Below, in pieces: positions 26,272 through 39,030 of a stretch of 64,000 nucleotides of DNA; the stretch's first letter is position 1; every line of letters begins with the position of its first letter. The notes beneath the pieces were generated by a model, which was given only the letters and a program-made list of their open reading frames with translations, had not been told where the DNA came from and made no database searches. The stretch covers positions 2,542,911 to 2,606,910 of the forward strand of contig MU058531.1 of NCBI GenBank assembly GCA_013265495.1. The letters run 5' to 3'. This DNA is from Vicugna vicugna. Its lineage: Eukaryota. The position numbers and the translations under genes were made by a program.

Positions 26272-27002
26272 GAAATAAAATTGAATATTTTTAGCTCACT
26301 TAACTACATTATTTCTATATTATCAGATGATTTTAAAATTTAATTTCTAAAACTAAATGTAGATCTGTAGATGATTGTGAAATCATTTTGATAGACAAGC
26401 TTCTTTTTTTCCCTGCTAATTGAAGCTATGCTACAAACTAATCTTCCATTTAGAAATAAGGGCTTATGACTTAAAGTATGTTTTATAAAGTATATTTTAC
26501 ATATTACACCATGTCAAAGTATACATTATAAAGTATAGTAGGTACAGTTTAAATGATAATAAATTACAGTTTATAAACTTCATTAATTCTTGGCTTGATT
26601 AATTATGTAAAGTGGAGCTTAAAGAGCATCATATGAATAAAATGTCTCAACATGACAGTTATTTTATGTCACAAATGTTGTTTTAATGTGCATTTTTAAA
26701 AATACTTGAGACATTTCAAGAGATCTGAATAATTAATGGATTTTAAACTTATATTTTAATTTCCCTGTGTGCAGTTAGAACTTTAATGATATTTATATCC
26801 TGAAGGACAAGTGAACAGAATATTACTTTTAATTCCTATGCTAAAAGACAGCCACTCAGAATACAAAAAGAGAAAGGCCAATAATAACTATTCTACAGAA
26901 AAAACAACAAAAAATGCCATGTGTATAATTTTTTGTTATACTTTATGATATGTTTCTATATTTGCTTGCTTATTTTTTGGTTTGAATATTTGTTTTATGC
27001 AG

Positions 27003-27144
27003 GGGAAAGTTGCCCAGACTGCTTGCATGTCAGCCTGCCAGCATCTGTCAACATCCTTAATGCAGATGCTACTGGACAGTGAGTTAAAACAGATAAGCAT
27101 GGGAGCCGTTCAGCAGTTTAACTTAGATGTCATACAGTGTGAAT
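27003..27144 (+). CDS. EXOC6: EXOC6 internal coding exon, 142 nt, phase 0/1
   Basis: Acceptor ...tgttttatgcag|GGG and donor GAAT|gtaagt. Encodes GKVAQTACMSACQHLSTSLMQMLLDSELKQISMGAVQQFNLDVIQCE plus 1 nt, and continues the frame of the 5075-5254 exon. Confidence 0.96.
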
Positions 27145-28892
27145 GTAAGTACCTTATTGGTTAAGTCTGATGCATATCTAGGAATCTATATTTAAATTAT
27201 ATGAGAAAAATGGTATATTGTAGGATAGTTCATTAAGGAAGGAAGAGGCCTGATTTAGTGAAACTTTCGGAAGCGTTAGAAGCAACTTCCTTCCTCTTGA
27301 GAAACAAAAAATATCTCAGTTTCACATTTAGGGCCTCTAGAGAGGCACTGAAGGGACAATCCAGACTGGATCATTTAAAAAAATGATTTATTTTTTTCCC
27401 TTTATTCCTTCTTCTGGTCATTCTTGTCTTCTTGCCAGGATTCTCCTGAGGTTTGTAGTAAACAAATGAAATTATTCTGAGTTTGTCATTCTTACTTTCC
27501 CATAAATAACTTTTCAGATACTTACTAAAGAACAATCTTAGGACCCTGCATTCCAAGTGAAGCTTTTTTTATATTCTGAATTTTTGATTCTCTTCCTCAA
27601 AGAATTTCTTAAATCTTTACCTTTGCCATTATTTTTCACTTAATTTTCTTTAAGTGATGAGTTAGCAGATTCCATAATCGACTGTTGACATTAGCCATTC
27701 AACTTTAAAATTGAATGTACTATTTGGTTATTAGCCTTATTATATATGATTCTAAATGTAGGTTTTATTACCCTTATACAAAACATGAGTTTTTAGAATA
27801 ACTTTTAAGCATTACTTTCAAATGTCTGGTACACTGATTAAATGATGAAAATCTCTGGTTGACAGTTTAGTCAGGCACTACTGTTGATAATTGAAAATCA
27901 GTGGGGCACAAGAAGGATTATAAAATATTTGTTTGAGGCAAATATTCTATGTGGAAGACATTAAAAACTTGAATGTCAGTGACTTGCAACTGAATCAGGA
28001 ACGACAGATTTTTTCAACAAATATATAATTTGTCTGCCCCTCTGTATAAGGTATTCTAGGAAAAATATAATTAATAATTAAAAAGAATAATTAAAGAGGC
28101 TCTTTGATCAAGTTCAGTTGTTTATTACACACCAAAAGGTGTATAAAGTTTTTTAAAAACCTATCTCGTTCCTTCAAAAAAAGAGATATGCTTATCTACA
28201 AAGTGAAAGAAAGAAAGCTTTTCCCTAGGGAAGAGAAGGGTTCATTTTCCCAGGAAGCAGTTCTAATTTTCTCTGATTAGAAAACCTTTCTTACATTTCT
28301 TTCTCAAAATAAAACTATCATTTACAAAGTGATACTTCTTTTGTATTTACAAAAGTATTTACCAAAAAGCATTTTTTTAATCTTTCTAACTCAAAGTAGT
28401 TGTTAATACATTCTGCAAATAGTTTGAAACTGATTTCTTAAAGTTCTTTAAAAGTTGTCTCATGAGATCATTTCAGCACGATAATGCTTATATAAACATT
28501 TAATATAAATATTGCTTGAGTGATTTTGTATTATTACATTTTTAATGTGGATTCAAAATGATTAGGCGGTTGAACCCTTTACTGGCATTTTGTTGTGTCT
28601 TCTCAGTTAGACTTTTTGTTCAAAAATGGAAATTACTGTTTGGTTAGACAACTTCAGGTACCTAGATCCTTTTTCTGTTCTCTTACAAGCCTAACTAAGA
28701 GAAAGGCATATAAAACACAAAACTTTGCCTCTCTGTCCCATCATAGGACAGTTTCTCTCTTTAGTTACTTTCAGTGGAATCACTGAAGGCACCTTTTAAA
28801 ATGCTGATGTTTTCTTAAAGGGCTAATCTCTTGGAAGAGACCAAGAAAGATCCTAAGTATGAGATATAACTCGTTTAAGGAAGTCTGGGGTC

Positions 28893-29037
28893 TGGAGAAG
28901 GGTATAGCTCAAGTGGTAGAGCACATGCCTAGCATGCCTGAGGCCCTGGGTTCAATCCCCAGTACCTACAATGAAAAATCCGATAAATAAATAAATCTAA
29001 TTACCTCCTCCCTGCAAAAATAAAAAAAAAGAAGGTA
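28893..29037 (+). mobile_element. tRNA-derived SINE (Vic-1-like), full length
   Basis: gggtatagctcaagtggtagagc...ctgggttcaatccccagtacc with an A-rich tail. Perfect 16-bp TSD aaggaagtctggggtc at 28877-28892 and 29038-29053. Confidence 0.95.
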
Positions 29038-29950
29038 AAGGAAGTCTGGGGTCAAGTGTAAGAGGGACAAACCCTAGCCTGATGGGGGCCAAGGTTCTGG
29101 CACTATAGATATGGAAAGGGAAGAACCGGGACTCAAAGACAAACCATAGAAGAGAAGCTCAGTTTCTTTTAAGATTGTACCTATGGTTGGCTCTGCTCCT
29201 TAATACTTATCAAGTATTACTTAATCATTAATTAACTAATACAGTATCAGGCATTCAGTACTCACTGAACAAATACAAATTGATGTTACATTTTTCATAT
29301 TTACTCTCTGGTATGAAAGAATTATCTACCCCCCCAACTCATGACTTTTAGTGATTGATACATAAATCACTTTAAAATGAAGCCTATCTCCCTCTGTTAA
29401 TCTGTTCAGAGAATTTTAGTTTTCAACCCTATTTTAAATAGTGTTTTTGTTTGTTATTTTAGATTTGAAAGAAAGCAATTTTTTAAAATACAAAGTTTAT
29501 TTTCAGTATTAATGCTGTGTGTATGCTTCCTACTTATTAGGGAAGGGAAGGGAGAAGAAAGGGACAGGAAGAGGAATTTGGCTAGGTAAGAGGAAGGCTA
29601 AAATGTCTGGTAAATTTGTGAAGAGAAGGAATCTGGATGCTTTAGGAATCAACTGGAATATGGAGAAAATAGGCACATAGTTCAGATGTAGAATCCAAGA
29701 AGCTGAAAGATCATTGAGTTTCACCACCTACCTGTAATACACACACATTCACATACTCCTCTGCCTTGAAATCCTCTCTCAGATACCCTTGTCAAGTAGT
29801 TGTCCACCTATTGCTTGAACATTTAATTTGGGCAATTATCTACTCTTCAGAAAATGCGTTTCCACTTAATACATTAGTCTATCAATTTCTTACATGAGCT
29901 GAAATCATTTTCTCTAAACTTCTCCTAATGGACCTAGTTCTGCCTAGGAC

Positions 29951-30211
29951 TAGAGTCACCACTAATCCATATTGCACCTTTGTGCAAATTAGAAAAGGTA
30001 TTCCCACTGAAAGCAAAAAGTCCTCCTGTGTTGTCCCTTTACATGAATTAGGAAAAGTTTACCCTTTTTCTAGCTGGACTCCTCCACCAAAGCACATGGC
30101 TTATCAAGTGAAATGTGAGCTAGATTGCAGCCCTCACTCCCTCCCCACTCCCCTCTTCAGCTGGGCACCCATGTGTAGTAAGCAGTCGGACAACTGTATG
30201 TGGCAGTTCTG
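29951..30211 (+). mobile_element. hAT-Tip100-like DNA transposon remnant (MER115/Zaphod-like) inside older CR1/L3-like sequence
   Basis: Contains gcacctttgtgcaaattagaaaagg and degenerate termini. Flanked by cctaggac and cctagggt, a plausible 8-bp hAT TSD. Confidence 0.5.
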
Positions 30212-30766
30212 CCTAGGGTCGTGACAGAGAAAACCAAGTCCTCATCCACAAGCCAGTTATATGAAAACCATTTTTTATATCTTTCTGAATCTTCTGAAAG
30301 CTAGACACCAACAATTCCTCTTACTGTTCTCATTTGATATGATTTTAGATCCAAAGCTCTTCTTTGATAAACTGGATTGATACCTTCTATTTAATGTCTG
30401 GTACCCAAAGTAGAATATAGAGGTCTCTAGATAAGTGGGAACGAGTATAATGTGGACCATCAAATACATTGTTCCATATTCTGTACTTTATTAGTAAAGT
30501 CCAAACTGTTATTACCGTTTTTGGTTCCCTGAGTATACCGTCAAATCATTGAAGCTGTACTGTTCTAAAATTTCTTTATATTTTTTTTGTGTGTGTGTGT
30601 GATTGTCAAGCTTTGCTTTTCTTTACTTGTATGATTGGTTTTTGTTTTAGAATTTTAAGATTATCTGTCTTAAATTTTATTTCATGATTTGTCCCACAGC
30701 TAGTCTAATGAGATCTTGTTTTGTATCAAAATTTAATATCATCTACAGATTTGTAATCATGCTTTT

Positions 30767-30895
30767 TTCTTTTTGGTGAGGGTTGGTAATTAGGTTTATT
30801 TATTTATTTGTTCTTTGAGGAAGTACTGAGGATTGAACTCAGGTCCTCATGCATGCTAAACAAGCACTCTACCACTTGAGCTGTACCCTCCCCCC
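30767..30895 (-). mobile_element. tRNA-derived SINE (Vic-1-like)
   Basis: gtaattaggtttatttattt...attgaactcaggtcctcatgcatgctaaacaagcactctaccacttgagctgtaccctccccc, with TSD aatcatgctttt. Confidence 0.92.
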
Positions 30896-30925
30896 TGAAA
30901 TCATGCTTTTAATTAACACAGTCAT

Positions 30926-31848
30926 AAATAGACATTTTTCCAAAGAAGACATCCAGATGGCCAACAGGCATGTGAAAAGATGCTCAACATCGCTAATTAT
31001 TAGAGAAACGCAAGTCAAAACTACAATGAGGTATCACCTCACACCAGCCAGAATGGCCATCATTAAAAAGCATACAAATAATAAATGCTGGAGCAGGTGT
31101 GGAGAAAAAGGAACCCTCCTACAGTATTGGTGGGAATGTAGATTGGTGCAGCCACTATGGAGGACAGTATGGAGGTTACTTAAAAAACTAAAAAAAGACT
31201 TACTATATGATCCAGCAATCCCATTTCTGGACATATATCTGAAGAAAACTACAGTTCAAAAAGACACACACACCCCAGTGTTCATAGCAGCACTGTTTAC
31301 ACTAGCCAAGACATGGAAGCAATCTAAATGTCCAGTGATAGATAACTGTATAAAGAAGAGGTGTATAAAGAAGAATGGAATATTACTCAGCCATAAAAAG
31401 AATGAAATAATGCCATTTGCAACAACATGGATGGACTTAGAGATTATCATATTAAGTGAAATAAGTCAAAGACAAATATCATATGATATCACTTACATGT
31501 GTAATCTAAAAAAAATGATACAAATTCTATTTACAAACCAAAAACAGACTCAAGGATATAGAAAACAAACTATGGTTAACAAAGGAAAAAGGGTAGGGGA
31601 GGGATAAATTAGGAGTTTGAAATCAACAAATACACAGATTTCTATATATAAAACAGATAAACAGTAAGGACCTGCTGTATAGTATAAGGAACTATATTCA
31701 ATTTCTTGTAATAACATATAATGGAAAAGAATCTGAGAAGAAAAAATATGTATGTATGTATGCATATACCTGAGTCACTTTGCTGTACACCTGAAACTGA
31801 CATTGTAAATCAGCTACACTTCAGTTAAAAAAAAATTTAAAAAAAAAC
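30926..31848 (+). mobile_element. 5'-truncated lineage L1 (ORF2 C-terminus, 3'UTR, A tail)
   Basis: Translates to [27 protein letters not shown]...[11 protein letters not shown]...YDPAIP, the L1 ORF2 C-terminus. Poly-A at 31827-31847, with imperfect TSD ttaacacagtcat / ttaacaaggtcat. Confidence 0.95.
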
Positions 31849-31914
31849 ATTTAACAAGGTCATTAGCAAAATGTTGAACAAAATCTTATATCTGTATCTT
31901 GATGTATAGGACAT

Positions 31915-32093
31915 CATGGTTCTCAAAACGTGGTTCCCAGATGAGCAGCAATAATATCACCTGGGAACTTGTTAGAAGTGTGAATTCTTGGGCTCTACCT
32001 ATTGAGCTGGGAATGCTGGGCATGGGACACAGCAGTTTCTCTTTAAATATGTTCTTCAGGTGATGTTAATGTGCAGTAAAGTTTGCGAACCAT
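31915..32093. mobile_element. MER5A-like hAT-Charlie MITE
   Basis: Terminal inverted repeats catggttctcaaa and tttgcgaaccatg, with internal atcacctgggaacttgttagaa. Confidence 0.85.
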
Positions 32094-33014
32094 GGCATTA
32101 AATGGATCTATCTGTTCATATTGAGTTAGACCCATTATTCAGAATTTTGGATATCTTAAGATTTTTTTCAGCCAGTTGCTAATTCCTAATTGAATCTAAC
32201 TCATAGTTTGAATCTAAATCATAATTCAGAGTTATGAGCAACTTTGTCTGGTGCCTTACTACTGGTATATAGGGAGACTACATGACCATTGAATTTTCCT
32301 CATCTACCAGTCTAATTACTTTCAGTTTTGAAAGAAGAAGATAATACTACTCTGATTCTTCATAAATCCAGATTGACTCATAGTAGTTACTTTCCCTTCA
32401 AGAGGCTCAGAAACCATTACTTAAAGTTTGTGACTAGTTCATGGGATTAACATAAAATCCTACTAGTCTACTAGTTTCACACTAGTAAGAGATCCAGAGT
32501 CCAAGAAAGTTAGGTAGCAGAGATCAGGAACTAGATACCATGAACCACCCAAAATCCTGGGCATCTCCAAAGAGGCTTAAGTCAAAGAATTTAAGCAATA
32601 AGAGGTGAGCATGAAATATAAGCATCATGAATGGACTTTATTCTGAGTTAAGTTTTCCTTGTATTTGTGTGATTATTTTTCCATCCTCATTACTTTGTAA
32701 AAAATATTACATATATTTCCTGTGCCTTGAATGTCAGTCTGCAGGTGGAAACAAATAGCACAACCAGCTGAAGTAGGAGAGGTAGAAAGTTAGAAATAAT
32801 TTCATTTCTCATATTATTCAGCTCCATGTTTTTAGTTTTTGCTTGTTTTTGTTTTTCTGGTGGTGAAAAAATTAGGTGAAAGAAAGATTAGAACTGATCC
32901 ATTTATGTACTCACTTGTTTTATCAAACAATGTGTTTGTGCCCTTTTCTTTGGTATTCCTTGTGACACACATACTTACAAGTTAAACTGCCTTGATCTAC
33001 AATTTCATTCTACA

Positions 33015-33160
33015 GGGAGGATATAGCTCGGTGGTAGAGCACGTGCTTTGTATGCACAAGGTCCTGGATTCAATCACCAGTACCTCTGTTAAAATAAATA
33101 AATAAAACTGATTACTTCCTCCCCATCAAAAAATAAAAGTTAAAAATAAATAAAATAAAA
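33015..33160 (+). mobile_element. tRNA-derived SINE (Vic-1-like), first of a tandem pair
   Basis: gggaggatatagctcggtggtagagcacgtgc...cctggattcaatcaccagtacc followed by an A-rich tail. Confidence 0.92.
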
Positions 33161-33165
33161 TTTCA

Positions 33166-33308
33166 GGGGGAGGGTGTAGCTCAGTAGTAGAGCACGTGCT
33201 CAGCATGCACGAGGTCCTGGGTTCAATCCCCAGTACCGCCATTAAAATAAATGAATAAATAAATAAACCTAATTACCTTCCCCCCAAAACAAAACAAAGA
33301 AAAAAAAA
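33166..33308 (+). mobile_element. tRNA-derived SINE (Vic-1-like), second of a tandem pair
   Basis: gggggagggtgtagctcagtagtagagcacgtgctcagcatgcacgaggtcctgggttcaatccccagtacc followed by a tail. Confidence 0.93.
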
Positions 33309-33361
33309 TTCAGTCTATAAATGAATGTTTTTCCCATGGAGACTCAGCTGATTTTTAGGAA

Positions 33362-34070
33362 GATTCATTTGTTCAAATGTTTAACAGGAACCTATTACCT
33401 GTTATATACTGGGAAATCAAAGATGAATCAGGCTTCTAAGGTCTCACATTTTGGGTAGGGAGGAAACAGACAAGTAAATGACTATAATAGAACATAAATT
33501 CTTTATAGACATATATATTACTTGTAAAGAAGGAGCAATTAAATCTACATGCCATAGGGTTGAGAAGATTGTCATAGAAGTGAAATTTGAGGATCTTAAC
33601 AGATGAGTAAGATTTCACCAAAATCAAGGAAGGGTGTTCTTAGCAGAAGGAATGGCATAAGCAAAAAGCACTGTGATGAGAGACTGCTAAGGGAATCTTC
33701 AAACAGTCTTGTGTGGCTAGACGACAGGATGCATGATTGAAAATATTGAAAGATATGACTGAAAAAAGTTAGACCTCTGAATGCTTGGACTTTATTTAAT
33801 AAGCAATAAAGATCCATTGAAGCTTTTAAATCAGGACAATGACTTGATGAAATCTGTGTTTTATTAAGTTAACTCTGTGTCATACGGAAATTGAGCTGAA
33901 GTTAGAGAGAGACTGCAAAGTAGGAAGACCTGTTAAAAGACTATTGAACTTTTTCCTGTGAAGGATAGAAAGAGCTTGACTTTGGGAATGAAAATGAAAA
34001 GAAGAGGATGGATTCCAGACATTTTGGAGGAGGGAATAAAAGTTAGTGAATGAGTGAACTGATAATGATT
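33362..34070 (-). mobile_element. L2 fragment
   Basis: attcatttgttcaaatgtttaa...ccattgaagcttttaaatcagg...tctgtgttttattaagttaactctg matches antisense L2. Confidence 0.65.
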
Positions 34071-34249
34071 TAGGTGAATAGAATCAGAGAATCACACAGT
34101 AGAAGAGACCCAAGAATGCATCCCATGGTTAGAATGGATGGTTGAAGAGGGAGAAAAAGAAAGAGAAAAGAAGAGAGGAATGGGAAGAGGAGAGAGGGAA
34201 GAGGAGATTTAATCACCTAGCATAGGTAGTTAAATTCAACATAGGTTAT

Positions 34250-34312
34250 GGGAGGATGGATATAGCTCAGTGGTAGAGTGCAGGCTTAGCATGCACGAGG
34301 TCCTAGTTTCAG
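34250..34312 (+). mobile_element. 3'-truncated (tailless) tRNA-derived SINE head
   Basis: ggatatagctcagtggtagagtgcaggcttagcatgcacgaggtcctagtttc. Similarity stops within the B box. Confidence 0.85.
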
Positions 34313-34472
34313 TAATTGTAGGCACCCTGCAGAATGCTATGCTCATAGTGTATTTGTTGAATAAAGGAACAAATGAGCAAATCAAGAAGTTTCTGTAATC
34401 TGCATTTGTCTTTTCTAGAGTTCTCTTACATTTGTTACCAAGAAGTGAAGGTCAGTGGATGCTGCTGTACTT

Positions 34473-34557
34473 TTTTTCAGTGGAGGTACTGGAGATTGAA
34501 CCTAGGACCTTGTGCATGCTAAGCATGTGCCCCACCACTGAGCCATACCCACCCCTT
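34473..34557 (-). mobile_element. Short-form tRNA-derived SINE
   Basis: tRNA head plus a short tail. Perfect 15-bp TSD gatgctgctgtactt at 34458-34472 and 34558-34572. Confidence 0.93.
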
Positions 34558-36105
34558 GATGCTGCTGTACTTGAACTCAAGACCATTTGACTTAGTATAG
34601 ACGTAACTGATCATTTATAAAAATTCTTCACATATTTGATGATTGTTTAACTTCATCCATTCTGAGCAAAACAGTTATAATTTTTTAATATTTTCTTGTG
34701 GAATTATTTTCACTCCCCTTCTGGTCATTTTTCGTTGAATCTTTTTCCACTGTTGTTCTTTTTAAACCCATACTAGGTCAAACTTAATAAAATGTCTGAG
34801 TTCAGGGATGTGGAATCATGTGAACTTATATAGAATTTTTTTCATAAGTGCTTTCAAATTAGTCTTAAAATGGTCTGAGCACATCAGACCATGTTCTCGT
34901 GCTGGCTCTTCCTGTATTTGGGCAAGTGGCTTTGGACAAACAGTTTAACATTTGAGAGGCCTTTATTTTTCCTGTGAAATACGAGATTTGAAATTGATAA
35001 TTTCCAAGATAAATCCTAATTCTAGGATTCAGAGGTAGTAAAATTTAAGGCAAAGAAGAGTGTATGACTTTGGAGTCGTACGTTAATTCCTTCATATCTA
35101 CTATGTGCTTGGCATTTAGAGGATACAGTGGTAAACAAAACAGAAAAGGTCCTAACTCGCTTGGAGTTTAGGCTCAGTGAAGAGGCATTCATTATACAAC
35201 TGCACTAATAAATATGATTGTAAGTTGTTAAATTCCAAAAAGAAAAGTGTGAGAGAGGCTAAGTAGGCATAATTTACATAAAAAGTTGTGTAGATTGGCT
35301 CTATGCATAAATGAAGTGGATATTTTTGGTTCACTTGACCATAACCAATAATACTTCTGTAATTACTTGGTTGGAGAAGTCAGGAAGGCATCCATTTGGA
35401 ATTGCAAATGTAGCCCCTCTGAAAGCTGCATTGAACCTTTGATCCCATTACAGATTTTGTATAAGTTCAAGAGAAAGCACTTAGTTGGAAGAGCATTTGC
35501 CAAGCTTGGCATGAAGCTGATGTTCTAAATCTGTGTATGTGCTTTTGTTTTATTAAACACCTGTTATACATTGGGTCTCAATATAAGGTATCTTTCAAAT
35601 GCAACTGTACAGAGGAAAAGATAAACGTGTCCTCTTAAGTTTCTGAGGTATCTCAGAAATCGTTCTCATCTCTAACCAAATAACAACGTTTCCAAAGCAT
35701 GAGGCAATCAGAAATATTTGAAGTACCCAAAATAGGTCTAGAATGTACTTTTTCATGTATTCTACACAAAATACCTAACTGAGATTATTAGTTCCTAAGA
35801 GTTTAACATCCTAAGTTCATAGGCACTAAAAAAGCTCTAGGTTGAGAAGCACTGGTACCTCTTTCAGTGGAGAGTTATTGAGGAATAGGTGAGTATCTGG
35901 GTTTGAAGGCCTTGGTCTTTTTTCATTTGGATAAAGACTTGGTCCACCTCAAAAAAAGAAGTCTCTACAGATTTTTTTTGTATGTATATGTCTGACTTCA
36001 GGGTCTCTAATTCTAGCCTTTAAAAAGGTCCAAACCCCAAAATAAAAGGATTCAAGGAAAACCATGTGGATAGTTTCAGAGGATATGTCAGTATCTTTTT
36101 TAAAA

Positions 36106-36204
36106 TGTTATTTATTTATTTTTTAAGTGGAGGTACTGGGGATTGAACCCAGGACCTCGTACATGTTAAGCACCCACTCTACCACTGAGCTATACCTTCC
36201 CCTT
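36106..36204 (-). mobile_element. tRNA-derived SINE (Vic-1-like)
   Basis: gtggaggtactggggattgaacccaggacctcgtacatgttaagcacccactctaccactgagctatacc, with TSD tatcttttttaaaa at 36092-36105 and 36210-36223. Confidence 0.93.
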
Positions 36205-37645
36205 TCCAATATCTTTTTTAAAAAGTAAGCTGTATACTATTATACTACCTGCCTACTTGAATTTGTTCCTGGTTTTAATGACATTTAGGGTATCAGATTG
36301 AGGCTACTTTGCCTTTTTCAAGAAAGGGAGCGGGATACTACGTTATATAAGAGTTGGTTGATGAATGTAGAGAGGCAGTTGGTCCTCGGGGCTTCCATTC
36401 CCCTGCTGCCAGTCACTTGTAACAAAGTGTAAGCATAAAGAAGTCTAACAAGACCCCTGACTCCCAGGTCTGAATTCTTCACCACCAGCAAGACCACTAG
36501 ATGGTGCTCTTCGTCATCCCTTCTAATGATACATCTGGTCCACATAGAATACGTTGCCTAGCCAAAATCTGGGTTCTAACTGGCTACTTTAAATCTTCAG
36601 ATCTAGGAAGAAATGGAATTATGAGAAGTATCTTCAGTATGCATACTATTGGTGTTTGTATTTAGTCATCTATTTTGTTTCAGAATTATTCCATTTTATA
36701 TGTCCTTGCCTTGTTATCCACAAGTGAAGTCCTGAGACTTTATTTGGCCTAGCCTCCTCACCCTCCTCACTCTCCTTTTCAATCTTTCGTCTATCTTTTG
36801 GTCAATTACTCTTATGGCTCCATAGATACTCTTTCTTCCCCTGCCCCCTAGTCCATGGCAGTTGTTCCTACCCTGTGTAGATGTTTTCCAAATAATCCAC
36901 ATTCTCTACCTTACAGGAAAGTTAACTGTCTGCCTAGGACAAGATTGTTGAAGAACTTACTCCCTCTGCATTTAATTTCAGAGGTTTATATTTTCATACC
37001 AGAATAAATACTTACAGCCTAACTTCTTAGCCATCTTCATTCCCCCTATACAAGCCCTGTACATCTATGCATAGATCCCAAGGGCAGGAAGGGCCTATTT
37101 TCCTTCTTAAAGTTTTGTTATATTTACAAATAATTTGCATTTTTGCCTACAGATACTGTGTATTTATTTTCTTAAAACTTCATAGATTGCCAGTTTGGAA
37201 GATTTTTTTATCATTATAATACACAGCTTACGCAGCATGTATTATTTTTTGCTTTCAATTTCATTTAAATTAATTCAGCCATATCTTCCCAGTTAGGCTG
37301 ATATTCGCTTCCGAGTAAGATGACACCTCCGTCTCTAATCTTTAAAGTATTTTAAAACTTGGAATCATTTGTTATTATTAAGTTTCATGTTCTAGCGAAA
37401 AATAAGAAATATATATATGTTATTTGTATTGTTATTCATTCATTCAAAACATTCACTGAATATTTCTTGTATACCAGGCATGGCATATATAAAGGTAAAA
37501 AAAAATCCTACTTCCCATGAGCTTCTTGTTTAGTAGAAGAAGTCACAATTTAGTTTTAGCTGAAGGAAACATCTGGAGTATTCTCACCCACCCTCAATTA
37601 TTTTGAGATAAATACACTAAACATGCACAGAATGTTCTAGATTTC

Positions 37646-37752
37646 CACTGTCCAGTAGTAATATGTGACTGTTAAAATTAAATAAAACTAAAAATTCAGT
37701 TCAGCTCAGACATAGAACATTTGTATTATTGAAGAAAGTTCTGTTGGACAAC
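37646..37752. mobile_element. MER3/MER33-like hAT-Charlie fragment
   Basis: Termini cactgtccagtag and ttctgttggaca, with internal taaaattcagttc. Confidence 0.55.
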
Positions 37753-37844
37753 ATCATTCTAGATCTAATCAGTAAGCTAGATAATATATCACTTACCAGG
37801 ACTGGATGACATCCCCGTAGAATTTATTTGTTCAGTTTTCCTTC

Positions 37845-38560
37845 GTTCATTTAAGAAACTTTCATTGACTACTCATTATGTATCAGGCATTGTACTAGGT
37901 GATAGGTATGTAAAAATGGAAATGTATTACCATCAGGGAGTTCATGGTCTAGTAGGAAGACCCAGACAGATAAACAATTATAAGATAGCAAAATGGGTAA
38001 TGTAGTTAGGCTGTGCATAGGAGTTGCAGTGAGATCCCAGAGGAGGAACCTAACCCACCCTGTAGGGTAATGGAAGTCTTTCTTGGAAGATGGTGACTGA
38101 ATGGAAGGATAAGTAAGAGTTATCCAGTAGAAAAGGAGTGGAAGGATGATCCAAGCAGAAGGATCCTCCAAGCAGAAGGATCAGAGGTACTGTGGAAAGA
38201 GTCTGTAGCATATACAGGGAAGTGCAAGTAGTTTGGAATGGAAGGAGTTTTAGGTGCCCCTAGAGATGTGGTTAAGAGATGAGGCTAGAGAGATAAACAA
38301 AGACCAGGTTATAAAGGACCTTATTTGTCTTGCTTTATTGTGAAGGTGGTGGGGAACTATTGAAAGATGTTAAACTATGAAGTGACACAAATCATATTTA
38401 CATCTTATGTAAATTATACTGGAAGAAGTGAGTAGAGAGGTGGTACACAAGAAGCAGAGAGATCAGATAAGAGTGTATATTTCAGTAATCCAAGCAAGAA
38501 ATGATGATAGCTTGAACTAAGGTAGAGACAGATTCAGACTCAAGATATTTTAGAAGTTAG
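37845..38560 (-). mobile_element. L2 fragment
   Basis: tatgtatcaggcattgtactaggtg...ggagttcatggtctagtagg...gtaatccaagcaagaaatgatgatagcttgaactaagg. Confidence 0.75.
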
Positions 38561-38769
38561 AAAGAACAGAATTGACTGCATTTGAGTTCTAAAGAAGTAA
38601 AGGGAAAAATATGAAACCTCCTATCCCTAAAAAACATTTGAGAAAAGGACCTGAGAGCTATAAACTAGTGAGTTTCACTTCCATGTTGATTAGGTTCTTA
38701 GGAGAGATGAGATAAAAGATGAGAGGCTGAGTACTTAATCAGATTCTGGATCGATGATTTGAATGTCAG

Positions 38770-39030
38770 GAAATCTGAATTAGCTCTGTGATCTTGGGCA
38801 AATCACTTCACTTTTAATTTTTCTGCCCTATAAAATGAAGAACTGGGTGACTTAAACTGAGCCTTCAGGGGATTTTTGGAGCTATTTCAGAGAGGTGTCT
38901 CTTCTAGCTGCAAGATTTTGTGATCCATCATCTGCTGTTTATTCAGATAAGTTATTGTGATGATCAAAGAAGATGGTATAAGAGAAAGTGCTTTGTAAGC
39001 TATAAAGTACTGTATAAATTTATGGTACTA
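38770..39030 (+). mobile_element. MIR fragment(s)
   Basis: tagctctgtgatcttgggcaaatcacttcac...taaaatg and gaaagtgctttgtaagctataaagtactgtataaat. Confidence 0.55.

Noticed and set aside
28893..28970. tRNA-like sequences here and at nine other sites, as tRNA genes
   Set aside because: They carry SINE tails and TSDs and diverge from one another, so they are tRNA-derived SINEs.
38149..38183. Short tandem duplications here and near 3279, 20170, 21646, 56229 and 63327
   Set aside because: Two-copy slippage events with no spacer-repeat periodicity. They are not CRISPR-like.
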